NCBI GenBank assembly: GCA_965214095.1
Contig: OZ243938.1
Location: 3,552,001-3,616,000, forward strand
Reading direction: 5' to 3'
From: Candidatus Poribacteria bacterium
Lineage (GTDB): Bacteria; Poribacteria; WGA-4E; WGA-3G
DNA length: 64,000 nucleotides
The notes below the pieces were generated by a model. That model worked only from the letters and a program-made list of their open reading frames with translations. It did no database searches and was not told the origin of the DNA. A program made the position numbers and the translations under genes. Shown one piece after another: positions 1 through 9,708 of this stretch; positions within the stretch are counted from its first letter, which is position 1; each line of letters starts with the position of its first letter.

Positions 1-2
1 AT

Positions 3-269
3 GCTGGAATTGCTGTGTATGACCACATCGTAAATCCGCGCTATCCAACATACTGGCATGTGCGCAACTACGGATTGATGGGAAGTAACATCTTTGGCAG
101 CGGCACTTTTGAGCGTGACAAGTCTAAAGATGGTTCTTATATCCTCAAAGAGGGTGAAGAGATGCACTTCCGTTTCCGTGTACTCGTTCATGCAGGCGAT
201 GCTACTGAAGGGAAGGTCGCACAGAAGTACCACGATTTCATCAACCCACCTACTGTTGAGATTTCCTAA
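3..269 (+). CDS. C-terminal part of a DUF6807 ('PmoA-family') protein; 5' end lies outside the window
   Basis: Frame is open from the window edge: GIAVYDH..NPRYPTYWHVRNYGLMGSNIFG...FRFRVLVH, typical of DUF6807 C-termini. Confidence 0.65.
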   Translation, partial: AGIAVYDHIVNPRYPTYWHVRNYGLMGSNIFGSGTFERDKSKDGSYILKEGEEMHFRFRVLVHAGDATEGKVAQKYHDFINPPTVEIS

Positions 270-304
270 TACTGTAGTGAAACATTGATAGTTAAAGATA
301 CATT

Positions 305-327
305 GTAGGCGCGCTTTGTAAGCGCGT
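305..327 (+). repeat. Single GTAG-type REP-like hairpin
   Basis: GTAG followed by GCGCGCTT-TGT-AAGCGCGT palindrome in an intergenic gap. Confidence 0.5.
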
Positions 328-371
328 TATATCGTATTATAAAATTAAAGGACTTATAAGGAGACTGATAT

Positions 372-1442
372 ATGCCTATACCAACTATTCATGTGGGCTG
401 CACGCATTTCGCACACGGACGGCTGCAAGCACAAGTCAATTCACACGGGTTTGAACCTGTAGCATGCGTAGACATCAATCTGGAAGCTGCAAAGAACGGT
501 GTTGAATCAATAAACGGCGCGCCAGAAGGTTTATCTGACCGTATCTACACAACAATCACCGAAGCAAAAGAGAAACATGCGGAAGCTCAGGCGTGTCTTA
601 TCTATGCTTCAACAACTGTGCATGAAAAATTAATCGTTGAAAGTCTGAATCTTGGTATGCATACGCTTTGTGTGAAGCCGATTGCTACTACACAAGCAGA
701 ATTCCACAACATCATCAAAGCACATAAGGCTAACCCTGGCACGATTTTAGTTCAGGGACAAAACAAGCGATGGAATCCTGCTGCCGCAAAAATGCGGGAA
801 TGGCTCCGTGAAGATGGAGGAATCGGTGAAATGCTTGGCGGAGAATGCCGATTCTGGATACGTCAGAATCTCTTTACTGGCCCCGATTCTCGCCAACCTG
901 ATGCTTACGTTGACGGACTATATTTCCATGCAGGCTGCAGCCACCAAATTGACCAACTCGTTGGGGCAAAAGGACTTCCGAAGTATGTTACTGCACAAGT
1001 TCATAATCGTCGTGACCCCGCATTAGGACAGATAGATGCATGGGGAACTGCAGGTGGAAATGCTTTGATGGAATATGACAACGGGGCACCCGTCACGTAT
1101 GCTGGCACACGTGCAGGACACATGGGAGCTTACGGATGGAGCGGCTGTTGGACATTCCACGGTGAAGAAGGTGACCTCCGTCGCGATGGTGGACACCTAC
1201 AACTATTCCGAACAGGTCAAGAGGTCGAAAACCTTACGCTTCAAGACCTACATGGTGGTTTAATTGAAGACGACAGACTCCAATTCGATGCCTTCGCTGA
1301 CGCCATCACAACAGGCAAAGACCGTGACTGGATACAAGATAGCACACTCGGCACATGGATATTGATGGAAGCCTGCAATGAATCTTCGCGAACACACGAA
1401 CGTGTTGATGTTGAGGCATTTGCAGCGAAAATGCTTGCTTAA
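372..1442 (+). CDS. Gfo/Idh/MocA family oxidoreductase
   Basis: N-terminal Rossmann-like region, H.LCVKP (EKP-like) motif, H..D catalytic segment; GGAG RBS. Confidence 0.8.
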   Translation: MPIPTIHVGCTHFAHGRLQAQVNSHGFEPVACVDINLEAAKNGVESINGAPEGLSDRIYTTITEAKEKHAEAQACLIYASTTVHEKLIVESLNLGMHTLCVKPIATTQAEFHNIIKAHKANPGTILVQGQNKRWNPAAAKMREWLREDGGIGEMLGGECRFWIRQNLFTGPDSRQPDAYVDGLYFHAGCSHQIDQLVGAKGLPKYVTAQVHNRRDPALGQIDAWGTAGGNALMEYDNGAPVTYAGTRAGHMGAYGWSGCWTFHGEEGDLRRDGGHLQLFRTGQEVENLTLQDLHGGLIEDDRLQFDAFADAITTGKDRDWIQDSTLGTWILMEACNESSRTHERVDVEAFAAKMLA

Positions 1443-1456
1443 CATAGGGGTATCAA

Positions 1457-3085
1457 ATGCAATCACCGCACGGCTCGGCCTTTCGTCCATCTATTATGGG
1501 CAGCAACGGCATGGTTACATCTGGACACGTGCTTGCTTCACAAGCAGGCATACAAACAATGATGGCAGGTGGCAACGCTGTTGACGCTGCTATCGCAACT
1601 GCGGCTGCCCTCGGTGTCGTAGAACCTGCGGGTTCTGGTATCGGTGGAGATGGATTTATACTCATCTATTGGGCAGAAACAGGACAGGTCGCAGCGGTAA
1701 ATGGCACAGGACCGGCACCGAATGCTGCTACTCGCGAGGCTTATCTCAAAAACGGTGGTATTCCGATGAAAGGCATGCGAAGTGTATCAGTCCCTGGACT
1801 TCTTGACGCTTGGCTGCTTGCACATGAACGATACGGCACGCTCAAGTTAGACGATGTATTTACCCCAGCAATCTCTCTCTGTGAAGAAGGTTTTCCCGTT
1901 AGTCAGAGACTCGCAGGAGGATTAAGAGGCGAAAACCCTCGCTTCGCAGCTGAACCAGACAGTCGCGCCATTTTCACAAACGATGGCGAACCGATCCCAA
2001 CTGGTGAAATTCTTGCAAATGCCAATCTCGGTACAACGTTCCGAAAAATAGCCAAAGATGGCAGAGATACATTCTACAAAGGTGAAATTGCCAAAACCAT
2101 CGCTGAATTCAGTGATGCTTATGACGGACTATTAACAGCGGAAGACCTTGCAGACTATCAGGCACACTGGGATGATCCGATACACGTCAACTATCGCGGG
2201 TACGAAGTTTATGAAATGCCTCCTAACTCCAGTGGACATATCTTGCTACAAGAATTGAATGTAGTTGAGTTGTTTGATTTACAAGCATTAGGATGTAACA
2301 CAGCAGAAAGTGTGCATCTAATGGTTGAAGCAAAAAAACTCGCCTTCGCTGACAGAGAGAAATACATGGCAGACCCAAATTGGGTGGATGTTCCCATTGA
2401 TGGATTACTTTCTAAATCATACGCCGCTGAACAAGCGAATCGGATTGATCTGGAAAAAGCTGCCATTGATGTTCCCGCAGGTGGACTAGAAGCACACGAA
2501 GATACTACATGTTTCTGCACTGCCGACCGTGCAGGAAATCTCGTTTGTGTGTTGCAGAGTATCCAATCAGGATTCGGTTCCGGTTTGGTAGCAGGGGACA
2601 CTGGCATTCTACTAAACAACCGAATGACCTATTGGCATCTGGAGGAAGACCATCCAAACTGCTTAATGCCGGGAAAACGGGTCCGTCACACAATGAATCC
2701 AGTCATCGTAACAAAAGATGGCAAACCCGTATTAGCATGTGGAACACCGGGTGCAGATACACAAGTCCAAACAAATCTACAGTTGGTCACGCATGCACTT
2801 GACTTTGGCATGAGACCACAGGAAGCAGTCTCTGCACCGCGTTGGCGTAGCCTTCAGAATCCGATGGAGTCAACGATTCCACATACTTGTTCTAATCATC
2901 TACAATTGGAAACACGATTTTCATCAGATACTCAAGATGGTTTGGCTGACAGAGGACATGAACTCCAACTCGTCGGGGATTGGGGTGGTCCTGGCAGCGC
3001 TCAGATGATACAGGTTCATCCTGAATCGGGGGCACTCATTGGCGGATCCGATCCAAGAACGGACGGATATGCAGTAACCTATTAG
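1457..3085 (+). CDS. ggt: Gamma-glutamyltransferase family Ntn hydrolase, no signal peptide
   Basis: GGNAVDAAIA, GIGGDGF, HEDTT (Thr nucleophile), GILLNNRM, GTPG, SDPR motifs. Confidence 0.9.
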   Translation: MQSPHGSAFRPSIMGSNGMVTSGHVLASQAGIQTMMAGGNAVDAAIATAAALGVVEPAGSGIGGDGFILIYWAETGQVAAVNGTGPAPNAATREAYLKNGGIPMKGMRSVSVPGLLDAWLLAHERYGTLKLDDVFTPAISLCEEGFPVSQRLAGGLRGENPRFAAEPDSRAIFTNDGEPIPTGEILANANLGTTFRKIAKDGRDTFYKGEIAKTIAEFSDAYDGLLTAEDLADYQAHWDDPIHVNYRGYEVYEMPPNSSGHILLQELNVVELFDLQALGCNTAESVHLMVEAKKLAFADREKYMADPNWVDVPIDGLLSKSYAAEQANRIDLEKAAIDVPAGGLEAHEDTTCFCTADRAGNLVCVLQSIQSGFGSGLVAGDTGILLNNRMTYWHLEEDHPNCLMPGKRVRHTMNPVIVTKDGKPVLACGTPGADTQVQTNLQLVTHALDFGMRPQEAVSAPRWRSLQNPMESTIPHTCSNHLQLETRFSSDTQDGLADRGHELQLVGDWGGPGSAQMIQVHPESGALIGGSDPRTDGYAVTY

Positions 3086-3094
3086 ATAGCACTG

Positions 3095-3225
3095 TAGTGT
3101 TTTGTCTACACTAATCTTGTAGGTCGGGTAGAGACACGAAACCCGACATGCAGCCATTTATCATCAATAAAGTCGGGTTTCGTGCCTCTACCCGACGGAC
3201 AATGTCCGAATGGACAATCCAGTAG
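3095..3225. repeat. Short shell element containing an inverted GTAG-REP doublet
   Basis: GTAGGTCGGGT-AGAGACACGAA-ACCCGAC ... GTCGGGTTTCGTGCCTCTACCCGAC; flanks match the 46-bp element at 43627-43672. Confidence 0.8.
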
Positions 3226-3250
3226 TCATAGACTGTAAACGGAGATATAG

Positions 3251-4309
3251 ATGAAAATATTAGTAACAGGTGGAACAGGACGTATCGGATCAAATCTAAC
3301 CAAGAAACTGTTAGAAAAGGGACACGAAATCCGTTGTTTTACCTATCCCGGTGATGTCAATCGTGTGGATAGATGGAAAGGTAATGACAAGGTAGAAACA
3401 TTCCTCGGTGATCTGCGAGAATATGAAGATGTCAAAAAAGCAGTTGAAGGTGTTGACGTTATCTATCATATCGCTGCTGCTTTTGGCGGTCCATTTAATA
3501 ACCGTGAGTATCTTGCTATCAATGGGATGGGAACACTCAATATTTTAGAATGTGTCCGTGAATTCAATAAAGACATACACCGTTTCGTATACGCAAGTAC
3601 AGAGGCTATTTATTGGCAATTAACCGAAAAGGGTAGACTATTCAACGAACTCATCACAGAGGATATGGTTGCCAAATATCACCACATGCCTTACTTTCTT
3701 ACGAAATGGATCGGCGAAGAACTCTGCATGACATATCATCACCAATATAATGTGCCATCCACAGTTTTTCGATTTGCCACTGTGGTAGAACCGAGTGAAT
3801 TCCTCAATGATGATGGACTACCCAAATTATTCGTCTTTAGCACCATCTATAACCGATATAAAAACTATAAAGGTGATGATCCTGCAGAATTAGAAACTGC
3901 AGAAGCAGTTATGAAAGCGTGGAACGGTGAAGAAAAGTTCATACTCAAACGTAACCCAGATGGTAGAGCTTACAAAGAACATTTCACCGACATCCGAGAC
4001 ATTGTTCAGGGATTAGTTTTAGGTATTGAAAAAGATTCATCTGTCGGTCAAGAATTCACACTCGGTGGGAACGGGGTTTTCAATTTTGAGGAGGTCATCC
4101 CCTATCTGTGTGAACGTTATAAAATGGATTATGCAGATATTAAACTTACGAACCCCAACTATTTTGAGTTTGACCTAACTAAAATCAAAACATTATTAGA
4201 CTTTGAACCGCAGCACGACATTGCCAGTATTCTTGATGCAGCCGAAGCGATGAAACGCGGAGAAGATGTCGGCATCATTCCAACGGGGGTTCGATGGGGT
4301 AAAGGTTGA
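3251..4309 (+). CDS. NAD-dependent epimerase/dehydratase (extended SDR)
   Basis: ILVTGGTGRIG, HIAA, ST and YxxxK (YFLTK) motifs. Confidence 0.88.
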   Translation: MKILVTGGTGRIGSNLTKKLLEKGHEIRCFTYPGDVNRVDRWKGNDKVETFLGDLREYEDVKKAVEGVDVIYHIAAAFGGPFNNREYLAINGMGTLNILECVREFNKDIHRFVYASTEAIYWQLTEKGRLFNELITEDMVAKYHHMPYFLTKWIGEELCMTYHHQYNVPSTVFRFATVVEPSEFLNDDGLPKLFVFSTIYNRYKNYKGDDPAELETAEAVMKAWNGEEKFILKRNPDGRAYKEHFTDIRDIVQGLVLGIEKDSSVGQEFTLGGNGVFNFEEVIPYLCERYKMDYADIKLTNPNYFEFDLTKIKTLLDFEPQHDIASILDAAEAMKRGEDVGIIPTGVRWGKG

Positions 4310-4398
4310 TTTTCCTTGAAATCTGTGGAGAGATAGGTTAAACTTAATATCGGAGAACACAATTAGACCTTAAGCACCCCAAATTGAGGAGATTCGCG

Positions 4399-6063
4399 AT
4401 GAAAAAGACATATTGGACGAAAAACCGAAATTGGATTATCCTATTTGCATTTGCGTTTTTAGCAGCGGGTTGTGCAACTGTGACGACAGTCACAACGAAC
4501 AATAGACACGTCCATTCAAGCACAATACACTTAGATAGACACATCGATTCTGTCCTGAACAGGGAAGGAATTAAGCCGTCAAAACAGACATCGGATTCGG
4601 AATTCCTTCGACGTATCTATTTAGATATGACAGGAACAATTCCCACCCCCGAAGAAGTCTTAGATTTTATCAATGACGGTTCACAATACAAACGTTCAGA
4701 GAAAATAGATGAACTTATTGAAAACAAAGAGTCTGTTGAGTATTGGACAAATATATGGGTCAACTGGCTCATCGGTAGGCGTGACGATGCGGATGACAGA
4801 CGTATCGGTTTAACCGCATGGGTGCGTGAAGCACTTGATACCAACATGCCTTATGATCAATTTGTTAGTGAACTCGTCGCTGCAGATGGTGAGTTAAAGG
4901 ATAACGCAGCAGGAAACTATGTCCTCCGTTATGAAAGATCCCCTGTCTTTTTAACTTCACACACCTCCCGATTATTTCTCGGACTTCCCATGCAGTGTGC
5001 AGAATGCCATGATCATAAAACCGAAACGTGGCTGCAAAAAGATTTCTATGGTGTCGCCGCATTTTTCACCGGTATCCAGAGTGAAGAAAAAGGTATGATA
5101 AAAGGCAAAGATATGATCGGTAATGAGAAAGAGATGGAAAATTATCTCATTACAAATAGCGCAAAACAAGACCGCGCAATGTACGTTGAAAGTATGAAGG
5201 AATCGGTTACACCGCGTTTCCTTGATGGAACAGATTATACAGGTGAACTCACCAAGAAACGTCAAGCACTCGCTGAATGGATGACCACAAGAGAGAACCC
5301 TTTCTTTAGCAAAGCGATTGTGAACCGAATCTGGAAACACTTTATGGGACGTGGATTTGTTGAACCGGTTGATGGATTCGGAGCCGAGAATAGACCTACC
5401 AACCCTGCACTCTTGGCTTGGTTCGCTGAAGATTTTGTCATTCACGGATATGACTTACAGCACCTGATGCGGACAATCCTCAATTCAAATGCGTATCAGA
5501 GAACTTCAGAGACAAATGAGAGCAACAAGGATGATGACATCTATTACTCACACGTATATATGAAACCTTTGAGTGCAGAACAATTCTTCTATTCTATGCT
5601 GCAAGCTACTGCCTTTGAAAGATTGCAGAAGTTGAAAATGGATAGTATGGACAAGAGTGGGGGTGAAGAAAGAGAAAAAATGATCCGGGAACTTGAGTCT
5701 AAGAAACGCGAACATCTCAAAAAATTCCTCTTCCTACTTGACAACGGTGAGATGGAAGAAATTGAAGCATTCAGCGGAACCGTCCCACAGGCACTTATGA
5801 TGATTAATGGAAACATGGTAAATGATAGTGCGGATCACAACAAACATGGAACTTTCGTTAACTATGTCCTTGATCATTGGCATGATACCAGTGAACGTGT
5901 AGAATATATGTATCTCACAGTACTTTCACGCAAACCGACTATAAAAGAAAAGACCTTTTTCCAACGATATATAGATCGTAGCAATTACACCCAAAAGTCT
6001 TTAGCTTATGAAGATCTATATTGGGTTTTACTGAATTCAGCAGAATTTTCGCTGAACCATTAG
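4399..6063 (+). CDS. DUF1549/DUF1553 (PSCyt2/PSD1) lipoprotein with one CxxCH
   Basis: LAAGC lipobox, EFLRRIYLD, MPYDQFV, CAECHDH, NPFFSKAIVNRIW, VPQALMMING, LLNSAEFSLNH; GAGGAG RBS before ATG 4399. Confidence 0.88.
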   Translation: MKKTYWTKNRNWIILFAFAFLAAGCATVTTVTTNNRHVHSSTIHLDRHIDSVLNREGIKPSKQTSDSEFLRRIYLDMTGTIPTPEEVLDFINDGSQYKRSEKIDELIENKESVEYWTNIWVNWLIGRRDDADDRRIGLTAWVREALDTNMPYDQFVSELVAADGELKDNAAGNYVLRYERSPVFLTSHTSRLFLGLPMQCAECHDHKTETWLQKDFYGVAAFFTGIQSEEKGMIKGKDMIGNEKEMENYLITNSAKQDRAMYVESMKESVTPRFLDGTDYTGELTKKRQALAEWMTTRENPFFSKAIVNRIWKHFMGRGFVEPVDGFGAENRPTNPALLAWFAEDFVIHGYDLQHLMRTILNSNAYQRTSETNESNKDDDIYYSHVYMKPLSAEQFFYSMLQATAFERLQKLKMDSMDKSGGEEREKMIRELESKKREHLKKFLFLLDNGEMEEIEAFSGTVPQALMMINGNMVNDSADHNKHGTFVNYVLDHWHDTSERVEYMYLTVLSRKPTIKEKTFFQRYIDRSNYTQKSLAYEDLYWVLLNSAEFSLNH

Positions 6064-6121
6064 AATAGAAACGGCGATTTGTCAGTCAATGAATCGCCTT
6101 AACAAAAAGGAGTGCCATCAC

Positions 6122-6841
6122 ATGAAAAAACTTGGTATATTTATCCTCTTGTGTATTCTCACCTTTGGTATCGTAACGGTTGGGATTGCACAAATCCTAT
6201 TTGAGGATAACTTTGACAAAGCAAACGAATCAGAGAAAAAATGGGTTTCCTTATGGGGAGACTGGGAATTCAAAGATAAAGAATATCATCAGAATTCCGG
6301 CGATTCCAACTGCATGAGTGTTATTGCTGATGACTATTGGGATGAGGAATGGAATGAATACACCTACGAAGTGCGTGGTAATAAGACCGGCGGTGCTGAA
6401 GGATTCCTCATTATGTTCCGTTGCCAAGGCACAATGGAACCTCGAGGACATGCACTTAGAGAACATCCCCCTCGCATGCAAGGTCAGGACCGTTTAGAAT
6501 ATTGGTGGAATCTCGGGGGATGGGGTAACACCACTTCAAAAGTAGAGTCGTGGGGTGGTGTAGCAAGTCCAAACTCTAACGATACTATTACTACAGGAGA
6601 CTGGTATGACATCAAAATTGTTAATACACCTACAGGTTATACGCTCTATCTTAACGATGAAAAGGTAGGCGATACAATTAACGATGCCACCAGAGATGGT
6701 GTTGGACGAGTCGGTGTCGCTACATGGGCAACTATGGCAATATATGAAGATGTACTCGTCTACGGTCCTGGCGGTCCACTACCGGTTGATCCAAAAGGCA
6801 AAGTCGCAACGGCTTGGGGTTTTCTTAAAGCTGGAAGATAG
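6122..6841 (+). CDS. Secreted concanavalin-like (DUF1080-type) protein with C-terminal VDPKGK..AWG.LK motif
   Basis: Signal peptide, FEDNF start, Trp-rich beta sandwich, tail PVDPKGKVATAWGFLK; AAGGAG RBS. Confidence 0.65.
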   Translation: MKKLGIFILLCILTFGIVTVGIAQILFEDNFDKANESEKKWVSLWGDWEFKDKEYHQNSGDSNCMSVIADDYWDEEWNEYTYEVRGNKTGGAEGFLIMFRCQGTMEPRGHALREHPPRMQGQDRLEYWWNLGGWGNTTSKVESWGGVASPNSNDTITTGDWYDIKIVNTPTGYTLYLNDEKVGDTINDATRDGVGRVGVATWATMAIYEDVLVYGPGGPLPVDPKGKVATAWGFLKAGR

Positions 6842-6932
6842 AATTAGTCTTTGCGGAAAATTCAATATTACTTAATTAAATAAGAATACCTTTTGGGTAC
6901 TTTGCAAACGCTACTGCAAGGTAAAAAAATGT

Positions 6933-6975
6933 AAGAGAGGTAGAACCATTACAAGTGGTCCTATCTCTCTTTTTT
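6933..6975 (+). terminator. Rho-independent terminator between convergent genes
   Basis: AAGAGAGGTAG...CTATCTCTCTT stem followed by a T-tract. Confidence 0.7.
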
Positions 6976-6992
6976 CAATTTCATTTCTTTTC

Positions 6993-8036
6993 TTACCGAT
7001 CCTCAGAATGCTCATGTGGATGCGGATGTTCTGGTGCTTCAGGCACCGGACGTTGAGACAACCACCATGCAAACACCACTACCAAACATGCAAACACTAT
7101 CGCACAGATTGACATCGGCATACCCACGGTCTTCTCTTCTTCCGTAAGACTCTCCGCTTGTGCACGAATCTTGAATAGCGCGATAACACCACACACAACA
7201 ACCACCACAGCCATCACAAGATTTGCTTGCCACGGCACACTGAAAAGCACTGTGATAAGCGAAATCACAGCAACAGTCATACTCAATAGAGCAAACGAGT
7301 TGTAAGGGGTCGTATCAATTTCATCTGTTTCAGCGACATCGGTATACTGACGCGGTAGCACTGGAACAGGCGCACCATCCTGATAGGTCATCTCAATCAG
7401 TTTGATGAATTCCGCTAACAGTTTTTCCTCTTGAATCCATTCATATAACTTTGGATATTCATGCCGCATCAGTATGACAAATTCTTGACGTTGCGCGCTG
7501 TAATCTGTAAACTCATCCCAATCCTTTTCGTCAACGGTAATATATGGTTCCGTACCGACACGGAGTTCATACCCCTTTCCAGCAACATAAACGACACTAC
7601 CGATATCCTCGCGTTGTGCCATGAGTATCTCACCAGATTCCATCATCAGTTGTTGATTATCCTCCATAGTAGCTGCCATGTCGCGTTGTTTGAGTGCTTC
7701 TGCTTTCTCTTCAGATTGCGATGACAACTCGCTATCTGTAATTGCCACATCAATACGACTCATCAATTCAAGTGCAGTAACCTCATGTTCTGGGTCAACA
7801 AACAGCGCGGTTTTCCGTTCTGCTTTTACTGGTATCGGACGGCAGCGAATTTGTTGCGCGCCTAAAGTCGCTTGAATTAACTTGATTTCCCAATCATCAC
7901 TTGTGCGGTAAATCTCAACCCAGTTGGCAGTATCACCTACCTGCTCACCCATGAACTCAGAAACCTGATTCAATCTACCTTCACTAACTTGTGCATCCTG
8001 CATCGGATTAGGCAGTTTCCCTCTTTCTCCATCCAT
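6993..8036 (-). CDS. Hypothetical membrane protein: DUF2007-like N-terminal domain and three C-terminal TM helices
   Basis: WVEIYRT...EIKLIQATL...LFVDPE pattern; hydrophobic C-terminal helices; His-rich tail. Confidence 0.55.
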   Translation of the reverse strand: MDGERGKLPNPMQDAQVSEGRLNQVSEFMGEQVGDTANWVEIYRTSDDWEIKLIQATLGAQQIRCRPIPVKAERKTALFVDPEHEVTALELMSRIDVAITDSELSSQSEEKAEALKQRDMAATMEDNQQLMMESGEILMAQREDIGSVVYVAGKGYELRVGTEPYITVDEKDWDEFTDYSAQRQEFVILMRHEYPKLYEWIQEEKLLAEFIKLIEMTYQDGAPVPVLPRQYTDVAETDEIDTTPYNSFALLSMTVAVISLITVLFSVPWQANLVMAVVVVVCGVIALFKIRAQAESLTEEEKTVGMPMSICAIVFACLVVVFAWWLSQRPVPEAPEHPHPHEHSEDR

Positions 8037-8059
8037 CAGACATCAACCCCACAGTACCG

Positions 8060-8084
8060 GTAAGTGCGGTTTCCTAACCACACT
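8060..8084 (+). repeat. Degenerate single REP of the GGTT-TCCT-AACC family
   Basis: GTAAGTGCGGTTTCCTAACCACACT. Confidence 0.65.
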
Positions 8085-8105
8085 GGACATCATTTCGTTG
8101 AGCTT

Positions 8106-9320
8106 TCAACTCTCTGCCAATAACTCATCATAGACCGCTTCTGTCAAAGCACTGTTTTTCTCACTGCTAAATAACTGTTCAGCGCGTTGCCGTGCCGCTA
8201 TTCCCATCGCAGCTAACTGTTCCGAATCATTTGCGAGTTTGGCAATTGCAGATGCAATCGCTTCAGCGTTTTCAGGTGGCACTAATACACCTGTTTCAGG
8301 TGTAACCAACTCCTTACTTCCACCCAGCGGCGTTGCAATCACCGGCTTGCCAACGGCCATCGCTTCAATAATAGTCCGCGGACATGCCTCAGGTATAATA
8401 GAAGGCACTAACACAATATCAAGCAGGGACGTTACAATCCGAGTGTCAGATAGAAAACCAGTGAAGATAACTGAATCGGCAACGTCTAAATCCACAACCT
8501 CTTGTTCCAGCGATGCCATATAATCCTGGTCTTTCTGAAAATAAGGTCCACCTACAATCAGCAGTTTGATGTTATCCGAGTTGGGTTCTGTTCTTTTCAA
8601 CTCAGCCATTGCTCTCACCAGAAAATGGATCCCCTTTTCCGGTGTTATCCGAGTCACTACGCCAACGAATAACGGATGCGTTGATTCCGTGTTGTTCTGT
8701 GTGTCATCACTATTTTCCGATAGGAGTTCTGTCCGTAGTGATTCCACTTCTGCTTGTGATGCTTGAAATGCTTCCAAATCCACTCCATTATAGATTAGAG
8801 TCTGCTTTTCCGCGGGGGCAAAATTCCAACGTGTCGCTTCCGAAACCAATATCACACGATTCAGCAGTTTCTCACAGATCTTGTCCAATATACCGTAGGA
8901 TGTAGCATAACGTTTGTGCATGAGAATAGGAATGCGGTGCCACTTCGCAACAATACCACCGAGTAGTGCTACAGACAGCGAATTGGCGTGGATAAGTGAA
9001 ATTGAATTTTGTTTTACTGCTTGATGAATTTGTCCGATAACTCGAAGTTGACGAAAGTCATTCAGCAGGTCATGAAACGTAAATCGCTTCACCTTATCTA
9101 TTTTGTTATGTGCTTCGGGGAGAGAAAGTGGTATAACTTGTGTGTCTGTCTTAGCCACTTCATCTGCAAACGGACTGTTGCCAAGACAACCTACGAACGG
9201 TGAGAAACGTTGTTTGTTCAACAACTTCAGCAGGAGTAGCAGACTCCGTTGCCCGCCACCAATACCTGAACCGCTATCAAGATAGAGAATGTTGTATTTT
9301 GATGGATCGGATGTTTTCAT
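8106..9320 (-). CDS. Glycosyltransferase family 4 (GT-B)
   Basis: GGGQRS, IYNGVD, RITPEKG, EACPRTIIEAMAVGKPVIAT motifs. Confidence 0.9.
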   Translation of the reverse strand: MKTSDPSKYNILYLDSGSGIGGGQRSLLLLLKLLNKQRFSPFVGCLGNSPFADEVAKTDTQVIPLSLPEAHNKIDKVKRFTFHDLLNDFRQLRVIGQIHQAVKQNSISLIHANSLSVALLGGIVAKWHRIPILMHKRYATSYGILDKICEKLLNRVILVSEATRWNFAPAEKQTLIYNGVDLEAFQASQAEVESLRTELLSENSDDTQNNTESTHPLFVGVVTRITPEKGIHFLVRAMAELKRTEPNSDNIKLLIVGGPYFQKDQDYMASLEQEVVDLDVADSVIFTGFLSDTRIVTSLLDIVLVPSIIPEACPRTIIEAMAVGKPVIATPLGGSKELVTPETGVLVPPENAEAIASAIAKLANDSEQLAAMGIAARQRAEQLFSSEKNSALTEAVYDELLAES

Positions 9321-9708
9321 CTTCCCACGCAATGTGAATTCTTATACAGGTGTCGGGTAATCCTTCTGCCATTCGTTCTGCCCACTCAATAATGCAGATA
9401 CCATCACTATTCATATATTCACCTAAGCCAAGTTCAGCAATCTCAGCAAAGGTTTCCAGACGATACAGATCAATATGATAGATAGGAATCTTCCCATCGT
9501 ATTCATTGATGAGAATGTAGGATGGACTACTGACCACCTCATTTGATGCGATGCCGACACCCCGTGCAATACCTTGTGTCAAGCACGTCTTCCCTGTTCC
9601 AAGATCACCAATCAGTGCGACAACGTCACCCGCTTTTAACCTTCTACCAAGTTCCTCACCCAGAGTTTGTGTTTCCTCTGGACTCTCAGTTCTAACTGTC
9701 TTTTCCAT
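9277..9708 (-). CDS. tsaE: tRNA threonylcarbamoyladenosine biosynthesis ATPase TsaE
   Basis: GDLGTGKT, VSSPSY, HIDLYRL, IIEWAE; TAATG overlap with the upstream gene. Confidence 0.95.
   Translation of the reverse strand: MEKTVRTESPEETQTLGEELGRRLKAGDVVALIGDLGTGKTCLTQGIARGVGIASNEVVSSPSYILINEYDGKIPIYHIDLYRLETFAEIAELGLGEYMNSDGICIIEWAERMAEGLPDTCIRIHIAWEDENIRSIKIQHSLS

Noticed and set aside
3-269. Methane monooxygenase pmoA
   Set aside because: The DUF6807 'PmoA' label is not evidence of methanotrophy; the fragment is soluble and has no pmoCAB context.
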